DNA of 63,735 nucleotides from a virus (IMGVR_UViG_3300045110_000325:1-63735); one strand, 5' to 3'. Shown: positions 37,224 through 47,069, numbered from the stretch's first letter. The notes: a model not told the origin generated them from the sequence alone. Numbers and translations are program-made.

Positions 37224-37562
37224 CTAGCGCCCGGTCCGGTCCTCGTACGACACGCCGGCCATCGCGTCCCACACGTTGCGGGCCACGGCCTGCAGGTCCG
37301 CGTCGCTGATCGAGCCGGCGCCGCCGAACGCGTACGTGGCGACCGCCAGGTCCCAGGCCAGCCGGGAGGTCATCCCCACGGGGTTGGTGAGGATCGACTC
37401 GGCGAGCGCGGCCCTCTTGCGGCGGTGCGGGATCTTGTCCCCGGCCCCCGGGTCGCCAGGAGCCTCGCCGATGACCGAGTTCGCGACGAGTATCCCGCAG
37501 GCCGTGACACGGCCCTGCCACGCCGTGTCGGCCGCGAGCGTCGCCGCGTCGGAGAAAGCCAC
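37224..37562 (-). CDS. virion-associated protein, paralogue of 51105-51638
   Basis: A.LA.D..W..RV ... GE ... KR..LA..L.NP ... D.D ... D.AGV. Confidence 0.65.
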   Translation of the reverse strand: MAFSDAATLAADTAWQGRVTACGILVANSVIGEAPGDPGAGDKIPHRRKRAALAESILTNPVGMTSRLAWDLAVATYAFGGAGSISDADLQAVARNVWDAMAGVSYEDRTGR

Positions 37563-37567
37563 TTAGC

Positions 37568-37720
37568 TCACGGCCCCCACCGCTGCGCGTCAGAGTCGCA
37601 CTGGTGCTGCTGCCAGTACGGGTCCGGGTCGGTCTCGTGGCCGGCGTCCCGGCCACAGGTGCAGGTGTGGAAATCGATGTCCGGAGTCCCCTGGGTCTTC
37701 TGCGCCATGCACGCGGCCAT
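37568..37720 (-). CDS. small Cys/His protein (50 aa, not in ORF track)
   Basis: AAGGAG RBS; HTCTCGR..GH...HQC. Confidence 0.5.
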   Translation of the reverse strand: MAACMAQKTQGTPDIDFHTCTCGRDAGHETDPDPYWQQHQCDSDAQRWGP

Positions 37721-37737
37721 TGGGTTGCTCTGCTCCT

Positions 37738-38184
37738 TTAGCCGATGTAGGTGACGATGAGGTACGCCGGCAACGTGGCCGACGCCGAGCGGTTGATGAG
37801 CCCGGTGCCGGCCACCTTCTGGCCGGTCATCGAGAAAGTCTTCGAACCCGAGGACACGGCGATGTACTCGGCGAAGGCGTGGAACCTGGGACTCACGCTG
37901 GTGGCGCGGACCATGTTCTCCGCGACCATCACCGTGCCGGACGCGCTGTCCTCGCGGAGCGTCATGCCGATGACATCCCCGGCGACACTGCTGGTCATGC
38001 TGACCTCGCCCTGCACCCGGTACTTCCGCCCGGACACCAGGGTCACCGTCACCGTCATGATCTGCGTCTCAGCGGTGAACGTCGACGAGTCCGATGTGAA
38101 GACCTGTTGGCCGACGCGTTGCATCATGTTGTCGTTCAGGTCGGCGGCGTCGAGGATCTGCCCGTCGACAAAGGTCTGAGCCAA
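37738..38184 (-). CDS. minor tail / tail-tip protein
   Basis: F.DG.IL.AADLN N-terminus, beta-rich; follows the minor tail gene. Confidence 0.7.
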   Translation of the reverse strand: MAQTFVDGQILDAADLNDNMMQRVGQQVFTSDSSTFTAETQIMTVTVTLVSGRKYRVQGEVSMTSSVAGDVIGMTLREDSASGTVMVAENMVRATSVSPRFHAFAEYIAVSSGSKTFSMTGQKVAGTGLINRSASATLPAYLIVTYIG

Positions 38185-38193
38185 GGCGTCTCC

Positions 38194-39462
38194 TTATATC
38201 GCTAACGCGTTCTGGCCGAGGACGCCCAGCGTGGACGAGCCCAAGACGAACCCGCCCCACTTCGTCGCGGACTGCAGCGTGAACGTCACCCGCCACCGGG
38301 CGGGGCTCGCCGACCACTCGTGCTCGACGCCTCGGATGAACACGTCCCGTTGGATCGCCGATCCTGTCGGCGGGCGGCGGATGATCGTGATCCGATCCCC
38401 GATCTCCCGGGACAGCACCGCGGGCCACAGGTTGTCCGGGTCGCGCAGCGGCTCCACGGACAGCGCCGCGAACCGGTACTCCGGATCTTTCGACTGCGAC
38501 ACGACCCAGTTCGCGTAGGACAACGCCACCGAGTCCGTCTGCATGATCAGGTCGGACCGGTCGAACGAGCGGGTCAAGTTCGCGGTCTTGCTCGCCACGT
38601 CCTGCGCGACCTGCTCCGTCCCGCCGACCCGAGTCACCCTGGCGACGTTCACCAACTGCTCGTCGTCGTATTCCGGGACCACGTCCTGGTACTTCAACTC
38701 CCCCGCGTTGTCCCCGAAGGTCGCCTGGGAGGTCGCCGACCGCGCGTCGGTGAAGATCGCCTGCCGGTTGCGGAAGAACGCGCGCCCGCCGGAGTCGATG
38801 TAGAACTCCCCGAGTTCCGTGTCCGCCGTGAGTTGCAGCTCCTGCAGAGCGTTGCCCTCCAGCGTGGTCGCCTGCACCGTCGTGTTCCCGGTGGCCACCA
38901 ACCGGTCCTCGCTCGGCCAGTCCGCTGAGTTGAGAATCCGGTCGACCCGAGTGCCCGAGTCCTCGCCGGCTCCAACCGCGGCCCCGGCGGCGCGGTCCAC
39001 CTGCCCGAGCACCTTGAACCCGTCGGTGGCGGCGACCGTCGTCTCCGCGTACCGGGGCTTGGTGTATTCCGTGGTCCACGAGTCCGCGAAACCCCGCCAA
39101 ATGTTGTAGGTGACGCCGGCCCACGTCGCCCGCAGCCGCACCACCCTCATCGGGCGGACCTGCGTCACCCCGCCCGACACGTACGGCCCGGCCAGGTTCG
39201 ACGCGTCGAACCTGCGGTCGTCGTCGCGGAGCACCAACGACGCGTTGCCCGCGCCGTAGGAGACCACCGGGGACGACACCCGGTCGGAGCCGCGCCGGGT
39301 CGTGAAAGACCGCAGCCACGGGGTCACATCCGTGTACGCCTGGCCGTCACCAAGCGTGCCCGTGCCGAGGAGTCCCCGCGCCGAGTCGCCCAAGTGCAGC
39401 AACGTCCCCGACGACGCGCCGATCCCGAACCCGACCTCAGCGATGATCGTCGGCTGCTGCAT
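38194..39462 (-). CDS. minor tail (hub-like) protein
   Basis: Directly after TMP; DVT..R..RG..G...L...D.RFD; F.LG....G.LG...L C-terminus. Confidence 0.8.
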   Translation of the reverse strand: MQQPTIIAEVGFGIGASSGTLLHLGDSARGLLGTGTLGDGQAYTDVTPWLRSFTTRRGSDRVSSPVVSYGAGNASLVLRDDDRRFDASNLAGPYVSGGVTQVRPMRVVRLRATWAGVTYNIWRGFADSWTTEYTKPRYAETTVAATDGFKVLGQVDRAAGAAVGAGEDSGTRVDRILNSADWPSEDRLVATGNTTVQATTLEGNALQELQLTADTELGEFYIDSGGRAFFRNRQAIFTDARSATSQATFGDNAGELKYQDVVPEYDDEQLVNVARVTRVGGTEQVAQDVASKTANLTRSFDRSDLIMQTDSVALSYANWVVSQSKDPEYRFAALSVEPLRDPDNLWPAVLSREIGDRITIIRRPPTGSAIQRDVFIRGVEHEWSASPARWRVTFTLQSATKWGGFVLGSSTLGVLGQNALAI

Positions 39463-42400
39463 CAGGGGCGGATCTTCAGCCGAATGCCGCCGTTGCTCCT
39501 CGCGTACGCCTGCAGCTCGTCGACGAGCTGCTTGACGTTCTGCACGCCATGCAGAACCAAGTCGCCGTGGACGACGACGCCTCCGCCCCCGCTTCTCGGC
39601 ACCACCGTCTCGCCCGCCTGGAAACCGTAGGTCCGCCCCGAGCGGCCGACGCCCATGATGTCCTCGGTGATCGGCCCCCCGCCGTGGTACCAGTGCGGGG
39701 AGCGCGACGACCACTTGGCGTACGCGTTGACCGGGTTTCCATACGAGCCCTTGATGTAACGGCCGGTGTACACAGCCTGCAGATACGGGTCGAAAGTCTT
39801 GTGGCCGCCCACTGTGGCCCAAGTGCTGTCCAGGAACTGGCCAATTCCGAGCGCGGAGCTTGTCGGGTTTTGGGCGGTGTTGCGGAAACCGGACTCGCCC
39901 ATGAGCAGCCTGTACGCGGCGTTCCACTGACCACCCGACCAGCCGAACATGCTCGCGAAGACCTGCTTCACCAACGCGGCGTTGCCTGACACGTTCGACT
40001 GCGCGCCCAGAGTCGCCGCGCCATCGCCGCCAGCACCCCCAGCGCTGCCGAGTGCCTTCTGCAGGCGGTCCGGCAGGTCGGACAACGCCCGCACGATGCC
40101 CTGGTACGGCTGGCCGGAGACGACCAGCGGGACCGTCGCCGACGGCCGCACCGGGCCGCCGCGAGCATAACCCCCGGCCAGCACGGCCTTGCGCATCCGC
40201 CGCACGGACTGATGGCCGCCAGCGGCCCGCACCTCCTTGGCGGTCCACATGTGCTCACCGGCGCTGGCCCAGATCGGCACGTCATCCGACGTGCCCGTCC
40301 CCGGGCCAGTGATCGCCCCGCCGGCCGCCTTCTTGCGGCCCGCCATGGCAAGCTCCTGCTTCACCAGGGACGTGGCCTGCGCCTTGGAGATGTGCGCCGA
40401 CTTCCACACGTGGTCGATGCGGGCATTGAGATTGTCGAAGCCGTGGATGGCGTCCTTCAACCCAGGCGTCGACACCTTGACCTTCAGGTCAGACGGGACC
40501 TTGAACATCTGCTCAAGCAGCTTGTGCGTCTCCGTCTTCGAGTACCCGGCCTGGATCGCCTGGTTCTCCAGATCCTTCTTCTGCTGCCGGAGGCTCGCGT
40601 TCACCACGTCAACGGACTTGCCGGCCGCCCTGTCGGCTTTCGCCTTCGCGTAGGCGGCGTCGACCGCGGACTGGAAAGCCGCGACGTTCTCCCGGCCCGC
40701 CGCGGTCATGATGTTCAACGAGTGCGACCCGACCTCGCCGGCCCGTTTCTGCGCCGCCGCGACGTTGCGCGCCGCGTCCGCGACCGCCCTAGCCGTGTCC
40801 TGCTGCGCCTTCGCGATGCCGCGCTGCGCCTCGGCGACCGCCCTCGCCGAGTCCTCATGAGCCTTCGTCAACGCCACCCGGGCGTCACGCGCGGCCCCGT
40901 CCGCGGACGTGACCGCTTTCTGCGCGGCGACCACCGCCGGGGTGGCGTTGACGCCCTCGCGCTCCACCTTGTTGCTCTCCCGCACCGCCTGGGCGCGTTC
41001 CCGCTGCGCGTCGGAAAGGCTGTCCTGCGCCAGCGCCAACGCCAAGATGGCCTCGCGGCGGTCCAAATCCGTCGACTTGGCGTCCTTGTTGACCTCCTTC
41101 AGCCGCTGCTGCGCGCGCAGCACCTGCAGAGTCGCCCCCTCCTCTGCGAGCAGAGCGTCGTCGACGGTCTCCTTCAAGTCCCGGAGCTGGCCGGCGGCGT
41201 CCCTGCGGGCCTGCGTCAAAGACCGCTGCGCCTCCCGCTGCCGGTCCTGCGCGCCGGTCAACGCCTCCTCCGCGGACCGCACCGACTCCGCGCCCGCCTT
41301 GTACGCGTCGCCCAGGGCGCGCTGCGCCGATGTGATCTGCTCCGCGCCCGAGGACTGCGCGTCCGCCAACGCCCGCTGCGCGTCGCCCACCTCCCGAGAA
41401 GCGTCAGCCGCCTCCCGGGACCGGTCGCCGAGCTGATGCAACGCCGCGTTCCACGCCGAAGTCGAGGACACCGCGTCCCGACCAGTCGAGGCGATCAGAT
41501 CCAGCCCCGACGCGTAGGCGCCAGCCGCCTGCTGGTTGTCCAGCAACACGCGAAGGCTCTTGTCGACAGCAGGGGTCAAGCCGAGGCCCAGCGCCTCCGC
41601 CGCGGCCTTCGCCTTCTGCGCGGTCTCGTCGAGTTTTCCGCTCAGGTTGCCGGCCGCGTCGGCGTGGGCGTTGGTCGCGCCCGCCGCGACCTTGTCGACC
41701 TCCGCCTTCTCCCGGGTCTTGTCCAACGCCTTGCCCGTCGCCTCAGACTCGCCGTGGATGCCCTCCTTCACCGCGTTCAACGCGTCCAGGCGCTCGCTGC
41801 TGACCTGCCCCGTCAACTGCAAGTGCGCCTGCTCCTGGCGGATCTGCTCGTCGATGATCCCGGTGACGCGCTTGCGCGCGTCGCCCTCGTTCAGGGTGGC
41901 GGCCAGGACATCCTTCGCCGCGATCCCGAACTGCGCCGCACGCTGGATGACCTTGTCCTGCGCGAGCGCCTGCGCCACGTACTCGCGGGTCGTCCCGCCG
42001 ATCGCGCCGCCGTCCTGCTCGATGGCGGCCGTCAGCGAGTCGATGTGGTCCTTGGCACGCTTCGACGCCGCCGCGAACAGGCCGACCCCGGCGGTCGCGC
42101 CCACAAGCGCGACACCCCACGGCCCGCCGAGGAACCCGGCCAGGCCGCCAGCGGCCCCGCGCAACTTGCCGACCGAGCTGGCCGCCGAGCCCATCGCGAA
42201 CTTGCCGCTCGCGGTCTGGGCGGCGACACCGGCCGTGGCGATCCCCGCCGCGGCCGCCTCCGCGTCCGCGCCGACGACCAGCAACGCCTTGCCCGTGCGC
42301 AAGCTGCTGATGCCCAACTGGTCCATCGCCGTGCGGACCGCGCCCACGCCCTTGCCCGCGACAACCAAGCCGACCAAGCCGAGGACAGCAGCCTTCGCGA

Positions 42401-43538
42401 CATCGTTGGACGCGATCGTGGCTATGCCCTTCGCGACCGCCTGAATCGCCGGAGCCGCGTCGACAAACGCCTTCGTCAGCTGCAGCTGGACGGGGAGCAG
42501 GCCAGCGCCAAGCTCCGCCTTGGCGTTCTCGAACTCGGCGGTGGCGATCCGCTGCTGGTTGGCGAGGCCGCCGGACGTGCGCGCGAAGTCGCCAGCCGCC
42601 GCGCCCGTCTGCTTCAAGATCAAGCCGTACGTGGCCTGCGCCTTGATCGCCGGGGTGATGTCGGCCTTGGTCTTCGCCAGGCCAGACCGCAGCGCCTCCT
42701 GCTCGACGGCGGCGGCGGTGATCGCGAACCCGAACCGCTGCAGCGGGTCGAACTCGCCGGCCAGCGCGGACTGCAACGCCCCGAGCATCTCCTCCGGCGA
42801 CGCGTTGTTGAAGCTCGCCAGGTCGCCCGCGGTCTTGACGAGCTGGATCGACATCTTCGCCGAAGCCTTGTCCGTCAACCCCAGGTTGTGGAACAAATTG
42901 CCAAAGTTGCCCGCCGCGGTGAGCGCCTGGTTCTGCGACTGGCCCAGCGACTTCGCCGCGGACTTGCCGAAGGCGATCACCGCGGTCGCCGAGTCACCGA
43001 AGACCACCCGGGTCTTGGAGGTGGTCTCGTTCAAATCGGACGCGGCCTTGATCGACTCGCCGCTGAGCTGGGCCATCTTGCGGAGCGCGCCGACCGCGAC
43101 GACCCCCGCGCCAAGCTTCCAAGCGGCGCCCGTGAGCGTGGCCGCCTTTGACTGCCTGTCACCCAGGTCGCTGACCGTCAAAGCGGCGCGTTTCTGCTCG
43201 CCGGTGAGCTTCGACTGGGCGGCCAGGGTGTCCCGGCTGGACGACGCGACGCCGCGCTGCGCCTTCGCCAACTGCTCCTCAGCGGCGACCAGCTGCGATG
43301 TCTTCGCCTTGCCTGACCCGCGCAGGTCCGCGAGTTTCGCCTCCGCGGCCCGCACGCGGCCGGACGCGTCCTTCTCCCGGTCCTGCGCCTTCGCCAGGTC
43401 CAAGGTGGCGGCCTCGAGCGCCTCCACCGACGTGGCCGCCGTCTTCGCCGCTCCGCCGAGCGTTTTGAGGTCTCTGGCCCCCGACGCCGCGCCATCGACC
43501 TCAAGGAGGAGCTGCAGCTTCTCGGTTGTCGTCCCCAC
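39462..43538 (-). CDS. tape measure protein with C-terminal lytic-transglycosylase-like domain
   Basis: 1358 aa Ala-rich; AS.LNE..SK, GE.DPL; GPGTGTSD; ESG...AQNP.SSA.G.GQFL..TW. Confidence 0.92.
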   Translation of the reverse strand: MGTTTEKLQLLLEVDGAASGARDLKTLGGAAKTAATSVEALEAATLDLAKAQDREKDASGRVRAAEAKLADLRGSGKAKTSQLVAAEEQLAKAQRGVASSSRDTLAAQSKLTGEQKRAALTVSDLGDRQSKAATLTGAAWKLGAGVVAVGALRKMAQLSGESIKAASDLNETTSKTRVVFGDSATAVIAFGKSAAKSLGQSQNQALTAAGNFGNLFHNLGLTDKASAKMSIQLVKTAGDLASFNNASPEEMLGALQSALAGEFDPLQRFGFAITAAAVEQEALRSGLAKTKADITPAIKAQATYGLILKQTGAAAGDFARTSGGLANQQRIATAEFENAKAELGAGLLPVQLQLTKAFVDAAPAIQAVAKGIATIASNDVAKAAVLGLVGLVVAGKGVGAVRTAMDQLGISSLRTGKALLVVGADAEAAAAGIATAGVAAQTASGKFAMGSAASSVGKLRGAAGGLAGFLGGPWGVALVGATAGVGLFAAASKRAKDHIDSLTAAIEQDGGAIGGTTREYVAQALAQDKVIQRAAQFGIAAKDVLAATLNEGDARKRVTGIIDEQIRQEQAHLQLTGQVSSERLDALNAVKEGIHGESEATGKALDKTREKAEVDKVAAGATNAHADAAGNLSGKLDETAQKAKAAAEALGLGLTPAVDKSLRVLLDNQQAAGAYASGLDLIASTGRDAVSSTSAWNAALHQLGDRSREAADASREVGDAQRALADAQSSGAEQITSAQRALGDAYKAGAESVRSAEEALTGAQDRQREAQRSLTQARRDAAGQLRDLKETVDDALLAEEGATLQVLRAQQRLKEVNKDAKSTDLDRREAILALALAQDSLSDAQRERAQAVRESNKVEREGVNATPAVVAAQKAVTSADGAARDARVALTKAHEDSARAVAEAQRGIAKAQQDTARAVADAARNVAAAQKRAGEVGSHSLNIMTAAGRENVAAFQSAVDAAYAKAKADRAAGKSVDVVNASLRQQKKDLENQAIQAGYSKTETHKLLEQMFKVPSDLKVKVSTPGLKDAIHGFDNLNARIDHVWKSAHISKAQATSLVKQELAMAGRKKAAGGAITGPGTGTSDDVPIWASAGEHMWTAKEVRAAGGHQSVRRMRKAVLAGGYARGGPVRPSATVPLVVSGQPYQGIVRALSDLPDRLQKALGSAGGAGGDGAATLGAQSNVSGNAALVKQVFASMFGWSGGQWNAAYRLLMGESGFRNTAQNPTSSALGIGQFLDSTWATVGGHKTFDPYLQAVYTGRYIKGSYGNPVNAYAKWSSRSPHWYHGGGPITEDIMGVGRSGRTYGFQAGETVVPRSGGGGVVVHGDLVLHGVQNVKQLVDELQAYARSNGGIRLKIRP

Positions 43539-43557
43539 CGTTGGCTACCCTCCTGAC

Positions 43558-43833
43558 ATGCGGACAGTCATGGTCGCTGCCGTCATCGCGTCAGCGACCC
43601 TTGCCCTCGGATGCCAAAGCAGCGACGACACGGCAGACAAATGCGCCGCCATCCGGCACGCCATCGTCACCGACAAACAGCAGGTCATAGACGCGATGCA
43701 GGCAGGGGACGAGATGTCGGCCGCGAGGGCGCGGGTCGACGTTGACGCCGACGCCCGCGCGGCGCGCGACCCCGCCGCGGTCGGCGGCGTCTGCGACATC
43801 GACGACCTGGTGGGACCAGGCGTGGGCCGCTAG
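43558..43833 (+). CDS. antisense lipoprotein (moron-like)
   Basis: Signal peptide with lipobox LALGC; TACCCT -10 just before ATG. Confidence 0.7.
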   Translation: MRTVMVAAVIASATLALGCQSSDDTADKCAAIRHAIVTDKQQVIDAMQAGDEMSAARARVDVDADARAARDPAAVGGVCDIDDLVGPGVGR

Positions 43834-44272
43834 CCGGCCTGCGCCTGCGCCGCGTCCATCAGCAGGAACAGGTCCCGCCACGAGTGCTGACGGACAACAG
43901 AGGGCGGCCAGCCGAAACGGCGGACCGCCCACACCACTAAGTCGTCGCCGGTTCTCCCGGCTCCGATTTTGGGTCGACCACGGGCAGCCCGTCGACCCAC
44001 TCGATCGGCCGGTCGTGGTCGTCGACGAGCTCGAACGCGTCGACCATCTGCCGCGCGGTCATCGCGCCGACCCGCTTCGCGGCCTCGGCCTTGCCATGAG
44101 TCCGAGCGGAGAGCGCGGTGAGGATCGCCCGCGCATGCTTCGCCGTCTTGACCGGGGCGGTGACGACGAACCACCAGTCGTCCTCGACGGCGGCCTCGAT
44201 CTCGCACGTCTCGTCGACGGTGAGGTCTTCGGACAACCACGACTTGCCGTCGAGGGTGACACGGAACGGCAT
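43830..44272 (-). CDS. tail assembly chaperone: short form 43937-44272, long form by -1 frameshift to 43830
   Basis: C_CCA_AAA at 43967-43973; -1 frame continues IGAGR..FGWPPS.V....WRDL. Confidence 0.8.
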
Positions 44273-44446
44273 CTAGGCCACCGCCCACGTCGGCTCGCGT
44301 CCGCTGCCTTGGCAATGGACGCAGGTCACCTTGCGCACGCGACGGAAGGTGGCCAGCGAATCCAGGGGGGAATGACCCAGATAGGAGCCGTGGCCACCGC
44401 AATAGGAGCACCGGTCCCGGCCCAGCAGTCGGGTGAGCAACCTCAT
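44273..44446 (-). CDS. small CxxCxGxG zinc-finger protein
   Basis: CSYCGGHG / CVHCQGSG. Confidence 0.6.
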   Translation of the reverse strand: MRLLTRLLGRDRCSYCGGHGSYLGHSPLDSLATFRRVRKVTCVHCQGSGREPTWAVA

Positions 44447-44694
44447 GACTCGTCCAGGCGTGCCGTCAGGTCGGCGATACGCGCCCGGACCCACTCGGAA
44501 GCATTCCCGTGGCCATCTTCCAGCCACGAGATGAGCTGGTCCGCGACCTCATCCGGGTCAAGGCCCAGGCTGTGATGCGCAAGCGCGTTCACAACCGTCC
44601 CGACCAGCTCCGCGCGTTCGGTGCGTGGACGATACAACGCCATGTACAACAGGCGGCGCGTCTCATCCAGATCCTTGCTGATGCCTTCGTCCAT
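44443..44694 (-). CDS. hypothetical protein
   Basis: AGGAGG RBS before ATG. Confidence 0.6.
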   Translation of the reverse strand: MDEGISKDLDETRRLLYMALYRPRTERAELVGTVVNALAHHSLGLDPDEVADQLISWLEDGHGNASEWVRARIADLTARLDES

Positions 44695-44775
44695 CGGAGT
44701 CCTCCTGCGGTGTGCGGTGGTTGACCTCCGGCCGGCGACCACCGCTGAGCGCCGGCCGGAGGAGGGGAGAGCCGG

Positions 44776-45177
44776 CTATCCGACCTTCTGGAACGTCGTC
44801 GCGGCAGACCAAGCGCCGGAGCCCTCCACCGCGCCGTCGACCGCGGACTGGACGGAGAAGTCGACGAAACCTGTGCCGAACCAGTAGACGCCAGGCGCGA
44901 GCACGAAATCGGGGTAGATGTACAGCTTCCGGGCGATCCCGTCCACGGCCGCGCTGTACGTCTGAACCGTCGCGTCGTCCCACCAGAAGTCGAACGACCC
45001 CTGCGCGTCCGGCAGGCCGGCGACATAGACCTTGGAGCCGTCGCCGAACGCTGTCACCTCGGTCTTGTCAGAGGTCGCTGACATACTCAGCGACTTCACG
45101 AATGCGATCGGCTCGGCGGTCCCAGCCGAGGTCAGGTTCATGAAGACCCGACCGTTCCTACCTGCGCGCCTGGCCAT
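44776..45177 (-). CDS. major tail protein
   Basis: EVTAFGD..K.YV.GLPD.QGS; position upstream of TAC and TMP. Confidence 0.8.
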   Translation of the reverse strand: MARRAGRNGRVFMNLTSAGTAEPIAFVKSLSMSATSDKTEVTAFGDGSKVYVAGLPDAQGSFDFWWDDATVQTYSAAVDGIARKLYIYPDFVLAPGVYWFGTGFVDFSVQSAVDGAVEGSGAWSAATTFQKVG

Positions 45178-45189
45178 GAATCCTGCTCC

Positions 45190-46221
45190 TTATGCCGTGA
45201 CGGGTTGTTGGTCGAACATCCGCAGCAATCGGGCCGCGTGGTTGGCAAACGTCCGCTCGGAGACCGCGGCGCGGGCCTGCCGCGCGGCCTCGACGCGGTC
45301 CGCCGGGTGGTCCAGCCACCACCGCAGCTGCTCCCCCGCGTCCTCCGGGCCGGCGAACGTCGGCAGCATCGGGAACAGCTCGTCGCCCTCCGGGCGCGGG
45401 TCGCGCAGGTAGAAGCACCCCGTGGCCGCCAACTCGATCTCCCGCGGCCCGCAGGCCCAGCCGACCGCCAAGTCCTCAGTCTCGGCCTCGCGGCGGTAGA
45501 TGTTCACCGACGCTGACGCCGCCCGGTACAGGTCGACCGCGTCTGCGTTGTCGAAGCACCCGTCGATGTCATGGATGACGTGCCGGCGCAGCGGCGAGTC
45601 CTCGTCGAGGCCCATCCAGTTGCCCGCCAGCGCCACCCGCAGCCCGTCCAAACCCATGCGGTCGAAGAAGTCCACACGGGACGGGTAGCCGGTGCCGACG
45701 AACGCCAAGTCGGACGGCGCGGCCTCGCTAGGCCCCGGGCAATGGACCCGCTCCCGGTAAGCGTGAGGGGCGTACACGGTTGGGGTCAGCGTCTCGTACT
45801 CGGCGAGGTTCGTCGGGTCGTTGAGCAGCACCAAGTCGGCGTGCGGGGCCAGCAGGAGCTGCCGGCCCTCCTCGTACGGGCTCTCCGTGTTCAGAAGGAC
45901 GACACGAGTGCCGTTGCGGCGGGCCTGGTCCAACACCGCGGCGTCGGAGAAGAAAGCCGAGACGACGAACAGCATGTGCGGGCGGATCTTGAACAATGCG
46001 GCGGCCAGGCGGTCGGTGGTCAGCGCGACCACCTGCTCAGCAGACAGCGCCTTCTTGAACCCGTCCCCGGCGTCGATGTGCGCGGCGTCATAGAAACACA
46101 GCAGGTCGCCGAGGGGGAACTCGAGCACGTTCTGGCCGAGTTCCCGGAACGCCTCCACCCAGCCCGCGTAAACGTCCGCCACGGAGAACCCCGGTCCTGG
46201 CGCGACCGCGAGAATCCGCAT
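45190..46221 (-). CDS. GT-B glycosyltransferase (CgeB/YkvP-like)
   Basis: TESPYE, DL.FVGTG..SR, Y..A....N..R, PRE.E.AA.G, R..T...A. Confidence 0.8.
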   Translation of the reverse strand: MRILAVAPGPGFSVADVYAGWVEAFRELGQNVLEFPLGDLLCFYDAAHIDAGDGFKKALSAEQVVALTTDRLAAALFKIRPHMLFVVSAFFSDAAVLDQARRNGTRVVLLNTESPYEEGRQLLLAPHADLVLLNDPTNLAEYETLTPTVYAPHAYRERVHCPGPSEAAPSDLAFVGTGYPSRVDFFDRMGLDGLRVALAGNWMGLDEDSPLRRHVIHDIDGCFDNADAVDLYRAASASVNIYRREAETEDLAVGWACGPREIELAATGCFYLRDPRPEGDELFPMLPTFAGPEDAGEQLRWWLDHPADRVEAARQARAAVSERTFANHAARLLRMFDQQPVTA

Positions 46222-46587
46222 TCAGAAGTCCTCGCGGGGCACGACCAGCGTTGTCGTCGCCACGTACGCCCCCAGCGACTCGACCCACGCGTAGGTCCAG
46301 CCGACGCGAGGCGTGGGCGTCGACCCGAGCGCCTGCTCGCACGCCAACACGAGCACGTCGAGGTCGTCCTGGGCCTGCTGAGCGTCGGCGGTGGTGTCCA
46401 CATACACCCGCACCGCGACGATCCACTCGTACGGCGAGATGCCCGCCGGGGAGACCGTGACCGCTTTCGGGCGGGGCAGGCTCGCAGGCAGCGGCTCATG
46501 GTCGAGCACCGCCGTCGCGCCCAACCCGCCGACGCCGACAAGCGCCGCGTGGACAGCGGTGCGAGCGGCCTTCGGGGTGGCGGTCAC
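46222..46587 (-). CDS. tail terminator-like protein
   Basis: Size and position. Confidence 0.55.
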   Translation of the reverse strand: MTATPKAARTAVHAALVGVGGLGATAVLDHEPLPASLPRPKAVTVSPAGISPYEWIVAVRVYVDTTADAQQAQDDLDVLVLACEQALGSTPTPRVGWTYAWVESLGAYVATTTLVVPREDF

Positions 46588-47069
46588 CTGAATTGCTCCT
46601 CAAGGTATTTGCGCAGCGCCGCCTGGAACACGCCGGGCACCTTCGGGACGGCGGCGTCGACGGCCTTCGACCAGGTTCTCTTGCCACGGGTGCCTGGGTG
46701 ATGGACCTTGCGCCGGTAGCCGCCTGGAAGTCTCAACGCGTGCCGGCCCTTCGCACGGCGCTCGATCATGTGGCCGGCCGTGGGCGACTGCAGCAGATGC
46801 AGGGGGCCGGCAGAGCGGACCAGCATCATCCACGCGCCCTTCGGCTGCACAACCACGTCCACCCTCGCGCCGTCTTCTCCGACACCGGACAGGCGCATGT
46901 CCCCGCCCGAGTCACGTCGGACCGCGTCCCGGGCGGCGTCGCCGACCACAGCCGCCGCCTCCAGCAACGCCTTGCCCATCACCTCGTCCAAGCCGGCCGC
47001 CGCGGCGTCGACCTTCACGCCGAACTGGGCGATGACACGGGTTCGCCCGACGCTGCCTCGAGGCATCAC
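46584..47069 (-). CDS. neck protein (HK97 gp10-like)
   Basis: T.GH.I ... V.HPGTRG. Confidence 0.65.
   Translation of the reverse strand: MMPRGSVGRTRVIAQFGVKVDAAAAGLDEVMGKALLEAAAVVGDAARDAVRRDSGGDMRLSGVGEDGARVDVVVQPKGAWMMLVRSAGPLHLLQSPTAGHMIERRAKGRHALRLPGGYRRKVHHPGTRGKRTWSKAVDAAVPKVPGVFQAALRKYLEEQFR

Noticed and set aside
40212-43151. Long plus-strand ORFs opposite the tape measure gene (likewise 59689-61890, 58011-59414, 1832-3538)
   Set aside because: Antisense shadows expected from high GC3 codon bias; no recognisable motifs
43967-43973. Tail chaperone frameshift as a novelty
   Set aside because: Well supported, but a standard feature of long-tailed phages; listed as a feature only
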